A model generated the notes under the pieces. It was not told where the DNA came from. It saw only the letters and a list, made by a program, of their open reading frames with translations, and ran no database searches. 64,000 nucleotides of DNA. It comes from an uncultured Chloroflexia bacterium (lineage in GTDB: Bacteria; Chloroflexota; Limnocylindria; Limnocylindrales; CSP1-4). Made by a program: the position numbers and the translations under genes. Positions 40,362 through 50,000 of this stretch are shown one piece after another. The stretch is from positions 32,001 through 96,000 of the forward strand of contig CAVVCZ010000009.1 in assembly GCA_963746845.1 (NCBI GenBank), written 5' to 3'. How positions within the stretch are numbered: the first letter of the stretch is position 1; every line of letters starts with the position of its first letter.

Positions 40362-40826
40362 CTACCCCTCACCGGTCGTCCGATCGAGCCGGCTGAACGC
40401 GGCCAATCGCTCGTGACAGGCGGCACGCTCGCGCTGTGCCTGACGGACGATCCATGGGTCGACCCGGGTCGAGTCCTCGATCGCGATGGTCGTGCCGTAC
40501 GGCCCGTCCTCGAGGACGATCCCCGAGCCGTTGCGGTAGTCGGCCATCCAGTTGGCCTGGAGGCCCACGACGACATCTGTGACCACCTCGGGCGGAAAGA
40601 TCCAGTCGAGGTGAGTCGCGTTCAGGCGATCGACGACGTCGGCGATCCGGATCGGCCGGCCACGCTCGATCCGGGCCAGCAGGTGGACGACCCGGAGCGT
40701 CGTGAAGGGATCGTGTGACTCGGCGACGACCGGCGGCGCGAGGTCCGCGTCGGGCAGGCCGGCGGGCGCCGGCCGGAGCGCTCCGAGACCGGGCGCGACG
40801 GTCGAGATCGGGCTGTCGGCGGGCAT
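40362..40826 (-). CDS. Hypothetical protein, possibly divergent winged-helix
   Basis: FTTLRVVHLLARIERGRPIRIADVVDRLN loosely resembles Rrf2-type N-terminal helices. Confidence 0.7.
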   Translation of the reverse strand: MPADSPISTVAPGLGALRPAPAGLPDADLAPPVVAESHDPFTTLRVVHLLARIERGRPIRIADVVDRLNATHLDWIFPPEVVTDVVVGLQANWMADYRNGSGIVLEDGPYGTTIAIEDSTRVDPWIVRQAQRERAACHERLAAFSRLDRTTGEG

Positions 40827-40837
40827 GACCGGGTCGG

Positions 40838-40861
40838 ATCTCCGAGCAATCTACTAGGAAT
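40838..40861. promoter_or_regulatory. Candidate Rrf2/CymR-like operator
   Basis: AT-rich imperfect palindrome TCCGAG-CAATCTA-CTAGGA directly upstream of the 40826 gene and the rhodanese. Confidence 0.5.
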
Positions 40862-40903
40862 TGCGAAGCCTACCCGAAGCCCGCCACGGCTGCCAGAGCC
40901 GGG

Positions 40904-41182
40904 TCAGCCGCTGCGCCCGTCGTCGTGCGCCGGATCGTCGGCGTCGGACGTGGTCGTCGAGGGCTCGTCGTCCGGGAATTCGAGCTCGAGGAGGGTGCCG
41001 TCTTCGCCGCTGACCCCGCGGACCGGGGCGGCATGCTCGACGAGCTCGGCCGCCGGCTTCGAGGCCCGGAAGACCTGGTAGTCGAACCCGGCCAGGACGC
41101 CGCCGATCGCCTGGGCGGTCGATGGGCGTCGCTTCCGGGGCTGGGCCGCGCCCGTGGGCTCGTCGTTCGATCGGTCCGTCAT
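40904..41182 (-). CDS. Small hypothetical protein
   Basis: TACCGT 7 nt before ATG. Ordered core AQAIGGVLAGFDYQVFR and an acidic tail. Confidence 0.65.
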   Translation of the reverse strand: MTDRSNDEPTGAAQPRKRRPSTAQAIGGVLAGFDYQVFRASKPAAELVEHAAPVRGVSGEDGTLLELEFPDDEPSTTTSDADDPAHDDGRSG

Positions 41183-41244
41183 CCGGCAAACGGTAGCGGA
41201 TCGACCCCGCGGAGAGCCGAGACACGCAGGTCTAGAATCCGGCG

Positions 41245-42090
41245 GTGGTCGAGCGGCACGATCCGACGGAGACGCGGGACTCCGGTCATGCGCGGTTCGC
41301 GCGGATCGTCGCGCGACCGGAGCCGGACATCGACCTGGCCGTTGCCGCGTTGATCATCGCCGGGCACGGACGATCACGGATCGACGAGGCGGCCACGATC
41401 GATCGGCTGGACACGCTCGCGGACCACGTCCGCCTTCGGGTCGACGCCGGGGATCCGGAATCGGTGGTGGTCGATCGCCTGCACGATGTCCTCTACCGCG
41501 AGGCCGGTCTGCGCGGCCCGACCGCCGCCGAGTACGGCGACCCCGCCAACAGCCACCTCGATCGGGTGCTGGAGCGACGCGTCGGCCTGCCCATCAGCCT
41601 CGCCGTCGTGGAGCTCGAGACCGCCTGGCGGATCGGGCTGCCGCTCGTCGGAGTCGGTCTGCCGGGGCACTTCATCGTCGGTGGCCCGGACGGGCTGCTC
41701 GTCGACCCAGCCGATGGGGGGCGACGGCTGACCCCGGACGATTGCCAGGCCCTGATCCGGCGCTCGGTCGGAGACGGGGTCCTGCTGCATGCCGGGATGC
41801 TCCGTCCGGTCGGGCGGCGTCAGATCCTCGCCCGGATGCTGCGCAACCTCCGCACGGCCCATCTCGCGCGACGCGACTGGCCCGCCGCGGTGGATGCCAT
41901 CGAGCTGCTGCTCGTCCTCGAGCCGACCGATCCGGAGCACGGTCGGGACCGCGGCCTGCTGCTCGGCCGGATGGGCCGCTTCACGGAGTCCGTCGCGGCC
42001 CTGCGTCGCTATGTTGACGAGCGGCCCGACGCGCACGACGTCCGGGACGTGCGCCAGGTGATCGGGATCTTCGCGGGCCGCCTGAACTAG
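41245..42090 (+). CDS. SirB1/Transglut_core2 family protein with TPR
   Basis: YGDPANSHLDRVLERRVGLPISL, GVGLPGHFIV, ILARMLRNL and RDRGLL. Confidence 0.9.
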   Translation: MVERHDPTETRDSGHARFARIVARPEPDIDLAVAALIIAGHGRSRIDEAATIDRLDTLADHVRLRVDAGDPESVVVDRLHDVLYREAGLRGPTAAEYGDPANSHLDRVLERRVGLPISLAVVELETAWRIGLPLVGVGLPGHFIVGGPDGLLVDPADGGRRLTPDDCQALIRRSVGDGVLLHAGMLRPVGRRQILARMLRNLRTAHLARRDWPAAVDAIELLLVLEPTDPEHGRDRGLLLGRMGRFTESVAALRRYVDERPDAHDVRDVRQVIGIFAGRLN

Positions 42091-43259
42091 GCGGTCGGGA
42101 GCGGCGCCTCCGCGGCGGTTGCCTCGACCGGCCCGGCCTCGGCCGACGACGAGCCGCGTGAGCGTTCGATCCTTCGGCGCAGACGGTCGGCCGCGAAGCC
42201 GGCCCCGATCAGGATCAGGCCCTCGACGAACAGCCCGACGTCCGTCGAGTTGGTCAGGTAGCGGAAGTTGAAGTCCGTCAACGCGGTCACCAGGCCGATC
42301 GCCGCGGCGAAGATGAACGCCGAGCTGTCCCGGCGGAACGCCCGCTCGACGAGGACGAGGCTGACGACGAGGATCGCGGCTTCGGCGATCCACGGCTCCA
42401 CGAGCCGGCCGTACTCGCCATTGCCCAGGCTGTCGGTGGTGAACAGGGACAGGGACACCCCCGCGACCGCGACCAGCCCGGCCCAGAATCGAGTCAGGCC
42501 GGCCCGGCGCTGGGCTGCTGCACCGGGCGTGCGCGCCTCCTGCAGCCCGAGGAACCCGAGCCCCACGGCAACGACGAGCCAACCGATCGCCGGCACGATC
42601 ACGACCCGGAGGACATCGGCTGCGGGCTCCGGCTCGCCGGCGAGGCAGCACTCCGGAGATGCGGGCCGGAGCAGGTTCAGAACTGCCCACCCGAACCCGG
42701 TCAGGGCGAGCAGGAGGGCCCCCTGGGTGGTCACGGCGGGCAGCGCGATCCGCCCGATCGTGGCGACCAGGAGCGCGGCCGCGGCCCCGGCGACCGGGAT
42801 CAGCCGCGAATCGACCAACAGGGCGAGTCCGAGGGATGTGCCCGCGGCGGCGGCCACGAACGTCGCCGCCACGATCGCGCTGCCGCCGGCCCGCCGGCGT
42901 CGGGCGTCACCGTCCCGCAGCGCGATGCCGATCGCGAGGAGAACGGCCGCGCAGAGGCCGGCTCCCGCGGCAAGGATCATGTTGCTCGAGGATGTCCCCG
43001 ACGGGACGGCGATCCGGATGAGGAAGGCGGACCACGCCGCGATCAGGAACAGGCCGCCGAGGTAGCCGAACATCTCCACGACCGTCGGCTGGGGTCCGAA
43101 GAAGCCGGAGGGCGCCGAGGCGACGTTCGTCGGCCGGGTTGACCCACCGTCGATGAGGGTCGCGGCCGCCCCTTCGGACGCGCGGAGCCGATCGGCGGTC
43201 GGGCCATCGATCAGCCCGGCTGCCTGCCACGCGGCGATCTTGTCGAGAACCGTGTCCAT
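42087..43259 (-). CDS. DUF2157-like polytopic membrane protein
   Basis: IAAWQAAGLIDGPTADRL N-terminal motif, E.FGYLGG and about 11 TM helices. Confidence 0.8.
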   Translation of the reverse strand: MDTVLDKIAAWQAAGLIDGPTADRLRASEGAAATLIDGGSTRPTNVASAPSGFFGPQPTVVEMFGYLGGLFLIAAWSAFLIRIAVPSGTSSSNMILAAGAGLCAAVLLAIGIALRDGDARRRRAGGSAIVAATFVAAAAGTSLGLALLVDSRLIPVAGAAAALLVATIGRIALPAVTTQGALLLALTGFGWAVLNLLRPASPECCLAGEPEPAADVLRVVIVPAIGWLVVAVGLGFLGLQEARTPGAAAQRRAGLTRFWAGLVAVAGVSLSLFTTDSLGNGEYGRLVEPWIAEAAILVVSLVLVERAFRRDSSAFIFAAAIGLVTALTDFNFRYLTNSTDVGLFVEGLILIGAGFAADRLRRRIERSRGSSSAEAGPVEATAAEAPLPTA

Positions 43260-43391
43260 CGCGCCCTCCGGGGGGTCTGGTCGTCTCGTCGCGCGAGTCG
43301 GCGGCCGTCCATCGTGGAGGGGTCGCGTCGTTGGGCCGTCGCGGCGATCGCACAGATGACGCCTGACCCGCTGCAGCGTGACGGCCCGGGG

Positions 43392-44123
43392 CTACGTCGT
43401 CGAGAGGTGGACCGCACGCAATCGGCCCGATCGGACGTCGATCCAGGCGAGGCCGGGTCCACGTGGTGGGGCGGTGCCGGCCTCGACCGCCCGGACCCAG
43501 GCGGATGACGAGCCGCTGAACCGGGATCGCAGGATCGCCGGGTATCGGCGGACGATCTCGCGATTCGCGGCGGTGTCGACCAGGATCCACACCGAACGAA
43601 CGGGGGCGGAGGTCGCGTCGGTCACGTCCGCGAGCTTCCGGTCGGTCGAGCGGACGGCGGCGCCGAGGTCGTCGAGTCGATTCCAGATCTCGACGAGCGC
43701 GGTGACGTCGTGGGCCTGGAGCACGAGATCCGTGGCGTGTCTGGGGTCCACGGGCCGGCTCGGGGCTTCGAAGCGCGCGGTCCAACCCGCCGCCGTCGCG
43801 ATCCGGAGGAGCAGCTCCTGGGCGGCGAGGTGCCCGGCGTCGGCCGGCAGCGGATCGACGACGTCCCGGCTGAACCCGATCGCCAGGGGCCGCTCGAGCG
43901 CCATCCCGATCGCGACCCACGTCTCGATCGAGGTGCCGATCCCGCGACCGCGTTCCAGCCTGCTGATCTCCGACTGGCTGAGGCCCACGAGGCTGCCGAG
44001 CGCCGCCTGCGTGAGCCGCCGCCGCCGTCTGGTCGTCCCGGTGTCTCGTCCGAGGTTCGCCGCGATCGCCTGTGCCTCGCGACCGCCGAGGATCCGGGCT
44101 CGTCGCCGTCTGTGACCGGCCAT
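43392..44123 (-). CDS. XRE-type HTH protein with C-terminal PD-(D/E)XK-like domain
   Basis: RRRRRLTQAALGSLVGLSQSEISRLERG HTH, then HLAAQE...TDLVL...LVEIWNRLDD...DRK. Confidence 0.8.
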   Translation of the reverse strand: MAGHRRRRARILGGREAQAIAANLGRDTGTTRRRRRLTQAALGSLVGLSQSEISRLERGRGIGTSIETWVAIGMALERPLAIGFSRDVVDPLPADAGHLAAQELLLRIATAAGWTARFEAPSRPVDPRHATDLVLQAHDVTALVEIWNRLDDLGAAVRSTDRKLADVTDATSAPVRSVWILVDTAANREIVRRYPAILRSRFSGSSSAWVRAVEAGTAPPRGPGLAWIDVRSGRLRAVHLSTT

Positions 44124-44294
44124 ATGCGCCGGAGTGTTACCCCCGGGGCTTATCGCGCGGTTACGTGGCGCGATCCGCTCCGCCCACGCTCAACCAAGCA
44201 TGACCTGAGCCATGCCGGACGGCTCTCCGGCCGTTCAAGCCCGGGATCAAGCACTCCGATGCATATCGGGTGGGCGAGGGCGAGGAACGAGAGG

Positions 44295-45878
44295 CTAGAG
44301 CAGCTCCCCGTGGGCCGAGCCCGTCGGCTCGCCGTCGCGTGGGCGGGGCTCCTCGCCGGGGCCGTACTCCGGCGCGGAAGGCGCCGGCGCTTCCGCGGGC
44401 ACATCGCCGCCCTCCAGCACCCGCAGCGGGCGCGACGCCTGGCCCTCGATCGCGCCGACCCCGAACGGCACCCATTTCGCGGGGTCCTGCAGTCGATGCG
44501 CCTCCGTGTTGCCCCGGGTGTGCGTGTCGGCGAACCCGGACGGCTCGATCCACATCCGCTCGCCCTCGAGCAGGCCGAGCACGCCGGACTGGCCCGGCTC
44601 GGAGCGCTGATGCTGGCAGTACGTGCACGACGCCTCGTCGTGCCGGTTGTACGTCGGCGGCTCCTCGTAGGTCGTGATGTAGCCCTCGTAGTTGCGGAGC
44701 ACGACCTTGTGGTCGGAGTAGCTGATCAGGTAGTTCGGCATCACCGGGATCTTGCCGCCGCCTCCCGGTGCATCGATCACGTAGGTCGGGACCGCGTAGC
44801 CGGAGGTATGGCCGCGCAGGCCCTCCATGATCTCGAGGCCCTTTCCGACCGGCGTCCGGAAGTGCCCGGAGCCCTCGACCAGGTCGCACTGGTAGAGGTA
44901 GTACGGCCGGATCCGGTTCTCAACGAGCTTGTGGACGAGCGCCCGCTGGATATGGACGCAGTCGTTGACGCCGGCGAGCAGGACGGACTGGTTGCCGACC
45001 GGCAGGCCGGCCTTGGTCAGCTTGTCGACCGCGCGTGAGACCTCGGGCGTGATCTCGTTCGGGTGGTTGAAATGGAGGTTGATCCAGAGCGGGTGGTACT
45101 GCTCGAGCATCGCGCACAGCTCGTCGTCGATCCGCTGGGGCAGGAACACCGGCACCCGCGACCCGATCCGGATGATCTCGATGTGGGGGATCTCGCGGAG
45201 GCCGCGGAGGATCGACTCGAACAGCTTCGGAGCGAGGGTCAGGCCGTCACCGCCGCTGATCAGCACGTCGCGGACCTGGGGCGTCCGGCGGAGGTAGTCG
45301 AGCTGGGCCTCGTGGTCCTTGCGGTTGAAGTTCTGGGTCGGGTCGCCGACGATCCGCGACCGCGTGCAGTACCGGCAGTAGCTGGCGCACTGGGTCGTGA
45401 CGAGCATCAGGACGCGGTCCGGGTAGCGATGCACGAGGCCGGGCACCGGGGAGTGGCGATCCTCGGCGAGCGAGTCCTCCATCATCGCGGTGAAGGCCTG
45501 CTGCTCCCGCCCGAGGGGGATGACCTGGCGGCGGATCGGGTCGTCCGGGTCGTCGGGGTCGATGAGCGAGATGAAGTACGGCGTGATGTCGACCCGGAAC
45601 TTGTCCGGCGCGCTCAGCCCGGCCCGCTCCTCGTCGGTCAGGTTCAGGACCGCCGCGATCTCCTCGAGATCGTTGACCCGGTGGCTCAGCTGCCAGCGCC
45701 AGTCGTTCCACTTCTCGTCCGGGACGTCGTCCCAGATCGGCGCACGTCGGCTGACGGCCGGGCGACCGTCGGGCCCGAGCACCTTCGCCGGATCGCGCCG
45801 ATTGACGAAGACCGGCTCCTCGGCCGCGCGCAACGCGTCCTGATGGGCGACCGCCGTCTTGATCTCGTGGGCGTCCAA
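44295..45878 (-). CDS. kamA: Lysine 2,3-aminomutase (KamA radical SAM)
   Basis: WNDWRWQL, HRYPDRVL, CASYCRYC, DAPGGGGKIP (PLP Lys), LRNYEG and C-terminal CTYC. AGGAGG RBS before TTG. Confidence 0.92.
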   Translation of the reverse strand: MDAHEIKTAVAHQDALRAAEEPVFVNRRDPAKVLGPDGRPAVSRRAPIWDDVPDEKWNDWRWQLSHRVNDLEEIAAVLNLTDEERAGLSAPDKFRVDITPYFISLIDPDDPDDPIRRQVIPLGREQQAFTAMMEDSLAEDRHSPVPGLVHRYPDRVLMLVTTQCASYCRYCTRSRIVGDPTQNFNRKDHEAQLDYLRRTPQVRDVLISGGDGLTLAPKLFESILRGLREIPHIEIIRIGSRVPVFLPQRIDDELCAMLEQYHPLWINLHFNHPNEITPEVSRAVDKLTKAGLPVGNQSVLLAGVNDCVHIQRALVHKLVENRIRPYYLYQCDLVEGSGHFRTPVGKGLEIMEGLRGHTSGYAVPTYVIDAPGGGGKIPVMPNYLISYSDHKVVLRNYEGYITTYEEPPTYNRHDEASCTYCQHQRSEPGQSGVLGLLEGERMWIEPSGFADTHTRGNTEAHRLQDPAKWVPFGVGAIEGQASRPLRVLEGGDVPAEAPAPSAPEYGPGEEPRPRDGEPTGSAHGELL

Positions 45879-46095
45879 CGCGGGCGTGCCTCCTGGCGGG
45901 TCGAGCGGTGGCGGTCCACCGCGGCAGACGCATAAAGTCTATGCAGCCTGCATGCTCCGGGGATCATAGCGCGGCCCGGATCGGGCGGTCCAGACGGTCG
46001 ATGGTCCCGGCGCGGTCACCGGGGGTGCGGAGGGTCGGTGGAGCTGAGGTCCGGCGGGGCAGAACAGCGCGCGGATCAGCGCGCAGGGGTCTCGG

Positions 46096-46416
46096 CTACT
46101 CCCCGATCACCGACCAGATGAAGCCCATCATGACGAAGAAGCCGACGAACATCCCGATCAGGCCGAGACCGCCGTAGGGCGAGTTCGCGCCCTCGTGGGG
46201 GACGAGCTGGAGGGCGATCCCGAAGACGATCGCCCACGCGACGAACAGGAAGGCGAACAGGTACTTCGAGGTGCCGCGTGCCATCAGCCGGCTGATGCCC
46301 GTCGGGCCCTCGGCGCTCATCGCCGAGCGGAGCAGGATCACCAGCATCAGGGTCGCGATCCCGATCGAAGCGCCGAACTCGACGGGTCGCAGGAAGATGA
46401 TCGTGAACAGCTGCAC
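46096..46416 (-). CDS. Hypothetical membrane protein (3 TM)
   Basis: Three hydrophobic helices and typical codon usage. Confidence 0.75.
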   Translation of the reverse strand: MQLFTIIFLRPVEFGASIGIATLMLVILLRSAMSAEGPTGISRLMARGTSKYLFAFLFVAWAIVFGIALQLVPHEGANSPYGGLGLIGMFVGFFVMMGFIWSVIGE

Positions 46417-46476
46417 CGGGGTCCTCGCTCAGGCTTCCAACGTGCAGCGCGATGCTACCAGAGCGCCGGGTCGCGA

Positions 46477-46962
46477 TCAGCCCGCCGGCCGCTCCGGAAA
46501 CGACGCCAGGGCCTCGGCGGCGGCGGCCGTGACCCGCTCGTAGTCACGGACCGAGAACGCCGCGACCCACGGCGCCTCGACGTTGATCACCGCCACGACC
46601 GCGCCCGGCTCGCCGACCGGCACGGTCAGCGACGAGCGGCTGTGGCCTCCCGGGAACCCGCGATAGTCGGGATCGAGGGTGACGTCCGCGCTCAGGGCGG
46701 CCGCACCGGTCCGGAAGACCCGACCGCACACGGAGCCGGTCAGCGGGACGATCCACTCCCCGACGACCACCTCGCCGATGTCCTCGCCCGCTCCCCACGC
46801 CTGGGCCGCAAGCCGGAGGCCGTCCGCGGCCGGATCGGGAACGAACAGCGCGACATGCTGGAACGGCTGGTCGCGGGCGATCTCGTCCGCGACGCGCGAC
46901 GCCCAGCCGGTGATCGCCGCCCAGCCCGCCCTCGCGACCGCTGGGTCCGCGTCGGTGCGCAT
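46477..46962 (-). CDS. Stand-alone GAF domain protein
   Basis: GSVCGRVFRTG...DVTLDPDY...SSLTVPV...VINVEA...AFS..D. Confidence 0.85.
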   Translation of the reverse strand: MRTDADPAVARAGWAAITGWASRVADEIARDQPFQHVALFVPDPAADGLRLAAQAWGAGEDIGEVVVGEWIVPLTGSVCGRVFRTGAAALSADVTLDPDYRGFPGGHSRSSLTVPVGEPGAVVAVINVEAPWVAAFSVRDYERVTAAAAEALASFPERPAG

Positions 46963-47036
46963 CGTGGCGTCGATCGTCGAGTCTCCTGAACGTCCGGAAC
47001 CCGCTTGTGCCGAGCGTGTATAGCATGGCGTTCGTC

Positions 47037-50000
47037 ATGTTGGCTTCCCCCAAACGGCGTAGTCCGGTCGAGGCTGCCCCGGATCGATTCGCGCGGCTCG
47101 GCCGGTTCGCGGTCCGCCGGCGCTGGTGGATCGTCGGGTTCTGGGCCCTCCTGCTGCTCGTCGCGGTGCCGCTCGCACCGCGCGTCGGCGGCGCCCTGCG
47201 CGCCGGTGGCTTCATCCTCGACGACCTCGAATCGGCGCGGGCGAAGGCCCTCCTCCAGGCGGAGCTGGACACGCCGCCGTCGGCGGTCGTCGTGGTCCTC
47301 CACAGCGACACGGCGACCGCCGGGACCCCGGCGTTCGAGGTGCCGGCGGCCGCGGCCATCGCCCACATCACGGAGGCCCCGGGCGTCGTGCGGGTGCTCC
47401 CGCACACGCTGAGCCCGCGCCAGGTCTCCGCCGACGGCCACACCGCGTACGACATCGTCTTCCTGTCGATCGCCCCGGACGACTCGCCCGCGGCGCTGCC
47501 CGGGATCCGCGAGCGGCTGGCGCAGCCGGCGGGGCTCGACGTCCAGCTCGCCGGCGGGCCGGCCTTCTACGGCGACGTCCAGTCCGTGTCCGAATCGGAC
47601 CTGCGACGGAGCGAGATCGTGTCCTTGCCGCTGGCCGCGATCGCGCTGCTCGTCGTGTTCGGGTCGGTGATCGCGGCGGCCGTCCCGCTGATCGTCGGCG
47701 GTGCGGCCGTCGTCGTCGCGCTGGCGGCAATCTTCTTGATCGCGGGCATGACCCCGATGAGCATCTTCGTGCTCAACCTCGCGACCCTGCTCGGGCTCGG
47801 TCTCGGGGTCGACTACTCCCTCCTCCTGACGAGCCGGTTCCGGGAGGAGCTCGCGTCCCGCGCGGACGAGCCCGCGGACCAGCGCGTCGCGGTCGCCGTG
47901 GAGCGGACCGTCGCCACGGCGGGCCGGGCGGTGTTCTTCTCCGGGCTGACGGTCCTCCTCGGCCTGGGCGGTCTCGTCCTCTTCGAGTTCATGATCCTGC
48001 GCTCGGTCGGGATCGCCGGGGCGATCGTCGTCCTGCTCGCGGCCTCGTCCGCCCTTACCCTGCTCCCCGCCCTGCTCGCGATCGTCGGGACGCGGATCGA
48101 CGCCCTGGCGGTCCGGCGAGTCGTGCCGCGCGACGATCCGAACGGGCCGTGGGCTCGGCTCGCCCGGTGGGTCATGCGCCGACCGGTCGCGGTCCTCATC
48201 CCTACCCTCGCCCTGCTCTTCGCCCTCGGGCTGCCGTTCCTCCACGTCCGGTTCAACGCCCCGGACTCGACGATCCTTCCCGCGAGCGTGCCGTCGCGCG
48301 CCGCATTCGACCGCCTCGCCGACGCCTTCGGCGAGGGCGACTTCGCCCCGATCGTCCTCGCGATCCGGACGGACGGCGCCGCGACCTCACCCGCCAATGT
48401 CGCCGCGCTGTACGACTACTCGCGTCGGCTCGCGGCGGACCCGCGCGTCCGTCGCGTCGACTCCCTCGTCGACGTGGATCCGCGCCTCGGGCCGGCGCAG
48501 TACGGGCTCCTGTACGCCGACCCGAACGGCCCGCGCGACCGATTCGTGGCCACGGCCCTGGCCGCGACGACGAAGGGCGACCTGACCGTGTTCACGATCA
48601 CGACGCCGTACGGCCCGAACCGCGATGAGGGACGGGCGCTCGTCGCCGATCTCCGTCGCGACGGCGGGCCGCTTGCGCCGCCGGCCGGGATGACGGTCCT
48701 CGTGGGGGGCGGGGCGGCGGACGTTACGGACGTCGTCAACCGGGTCGCCGCGGATTTTCCGCGGACCGCGCTGTTCATCGTCGTGACGACCTACCTCGTC
48801 CTGTTCGTCCTCCTCCGCTCGGTCGTCCTGCCGGCGAAGGCGCTCGTGATGAACACCCTCTCGATCGTCGCGTCGTTCGGGGCTCTCGTGTGGATCTTCC
48901 AGGACGGCAACCTGTCGTCCGTCCTCGGGTTCCAGCCACTCGGCTTCGTCGAGACGACTCAGCCCGTGATCCTCTTCTGCGTCCTGTTCGGCCTGTCGAT
49001 GGACTACGAGGTCTTCCTCCTGACGCGGATGAAGGAGGTCTGGGACCGGACTGGCGACAACCAGGAAGCGGTGGCGCGCGGGCTCGAGCGGAGCGGCCGG
49101 ATCGTGACGTCCGCGGCGCTGATCGTCGTCGTCGTCGCGGGCTCGTTCGCGTTCGCCGACATCGTCCTGATCAAGGCGCTCGGGATCGGGATGGCAATCG
49201 CGGTGACCCTCGACGCGACCGTCGTCCGGGCGCTCCTCGTCCCGGCGACGATGCGGCTGCTCGGGAAGTGGAACTGGTGGCTGCCGTCCGGGCTCCGCCG
49301 GGTGCCGCGGATCGAGACGGCCGGGGTGGCGGGGGCGATCGGCCTGGCGCTCGTGCTCGCCTCGCTCCCGCTCCTTGCAGGCTGCACAGCCGGCGCGCCG
49401 ATCCTCGCGAACGCCCCGGCGCCGCACCCGATGCCGCCGGCCCTGACGCCCGCCCCGTCCTTGCCGGCCGATCCCGTCGCCATCGTCCTGCCGGCGGACG
49501 ACGGGCCCCACCACCGCCTCACCGAGTGGTGGTACTACACGGGCCATCTCCAGGCCGCCGACGGGACGCGCTACGGCTTCGAGGACGTGATCTTCCGCGC
49601 CGAGCGCGGCGGGTTCCCGGTCTCGTGGGCGTCCCACGTCGCGATCACCGACGAGACAGCCGGGACGTTCCGGTTCGCCCAGCGGACGGAGATCGGACCG
49701 CAGGTCGACCATTCCACGCCCGGGCACTTCGACCTCGCCCTGACCGGGCCGGCGGGCACGGACCCGGCCGCGTCGAGCTGGGCGATGGCCGGCGGCGACG
49801 GGCGGGACCACCTCGGCGCGCTCGGGTCCGCGGACCCGGCGAGCCCATCGTCCGGGACGCTCGGACTGGATCTGCGTCTGGCGGCGACGAAGCCCGCGGC
49901 GCTCCACGATACAGACGGCTGGATCGACTTCGGGGCGGGCGGCTCGTCGTACTACTACTCGCGGACCGCCATGGACGCCCTGGGCTCACTGACGGTCGAC

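Noticed and set aside
44196-44253. CAAGCA repeated 52 nt apart upstream of the HTH-nuclease gene
   Set aside because: A six-base match with no inverted counterpart downstream of the gene. Not distinguishable from chance.
45930-45950. ArgR box upstream of kamA
   Set aside because: Half-site spacing (TGCAT-N7-ATGCG) does not match the canonical ARG box. Kept only as an unassigned palindrome.
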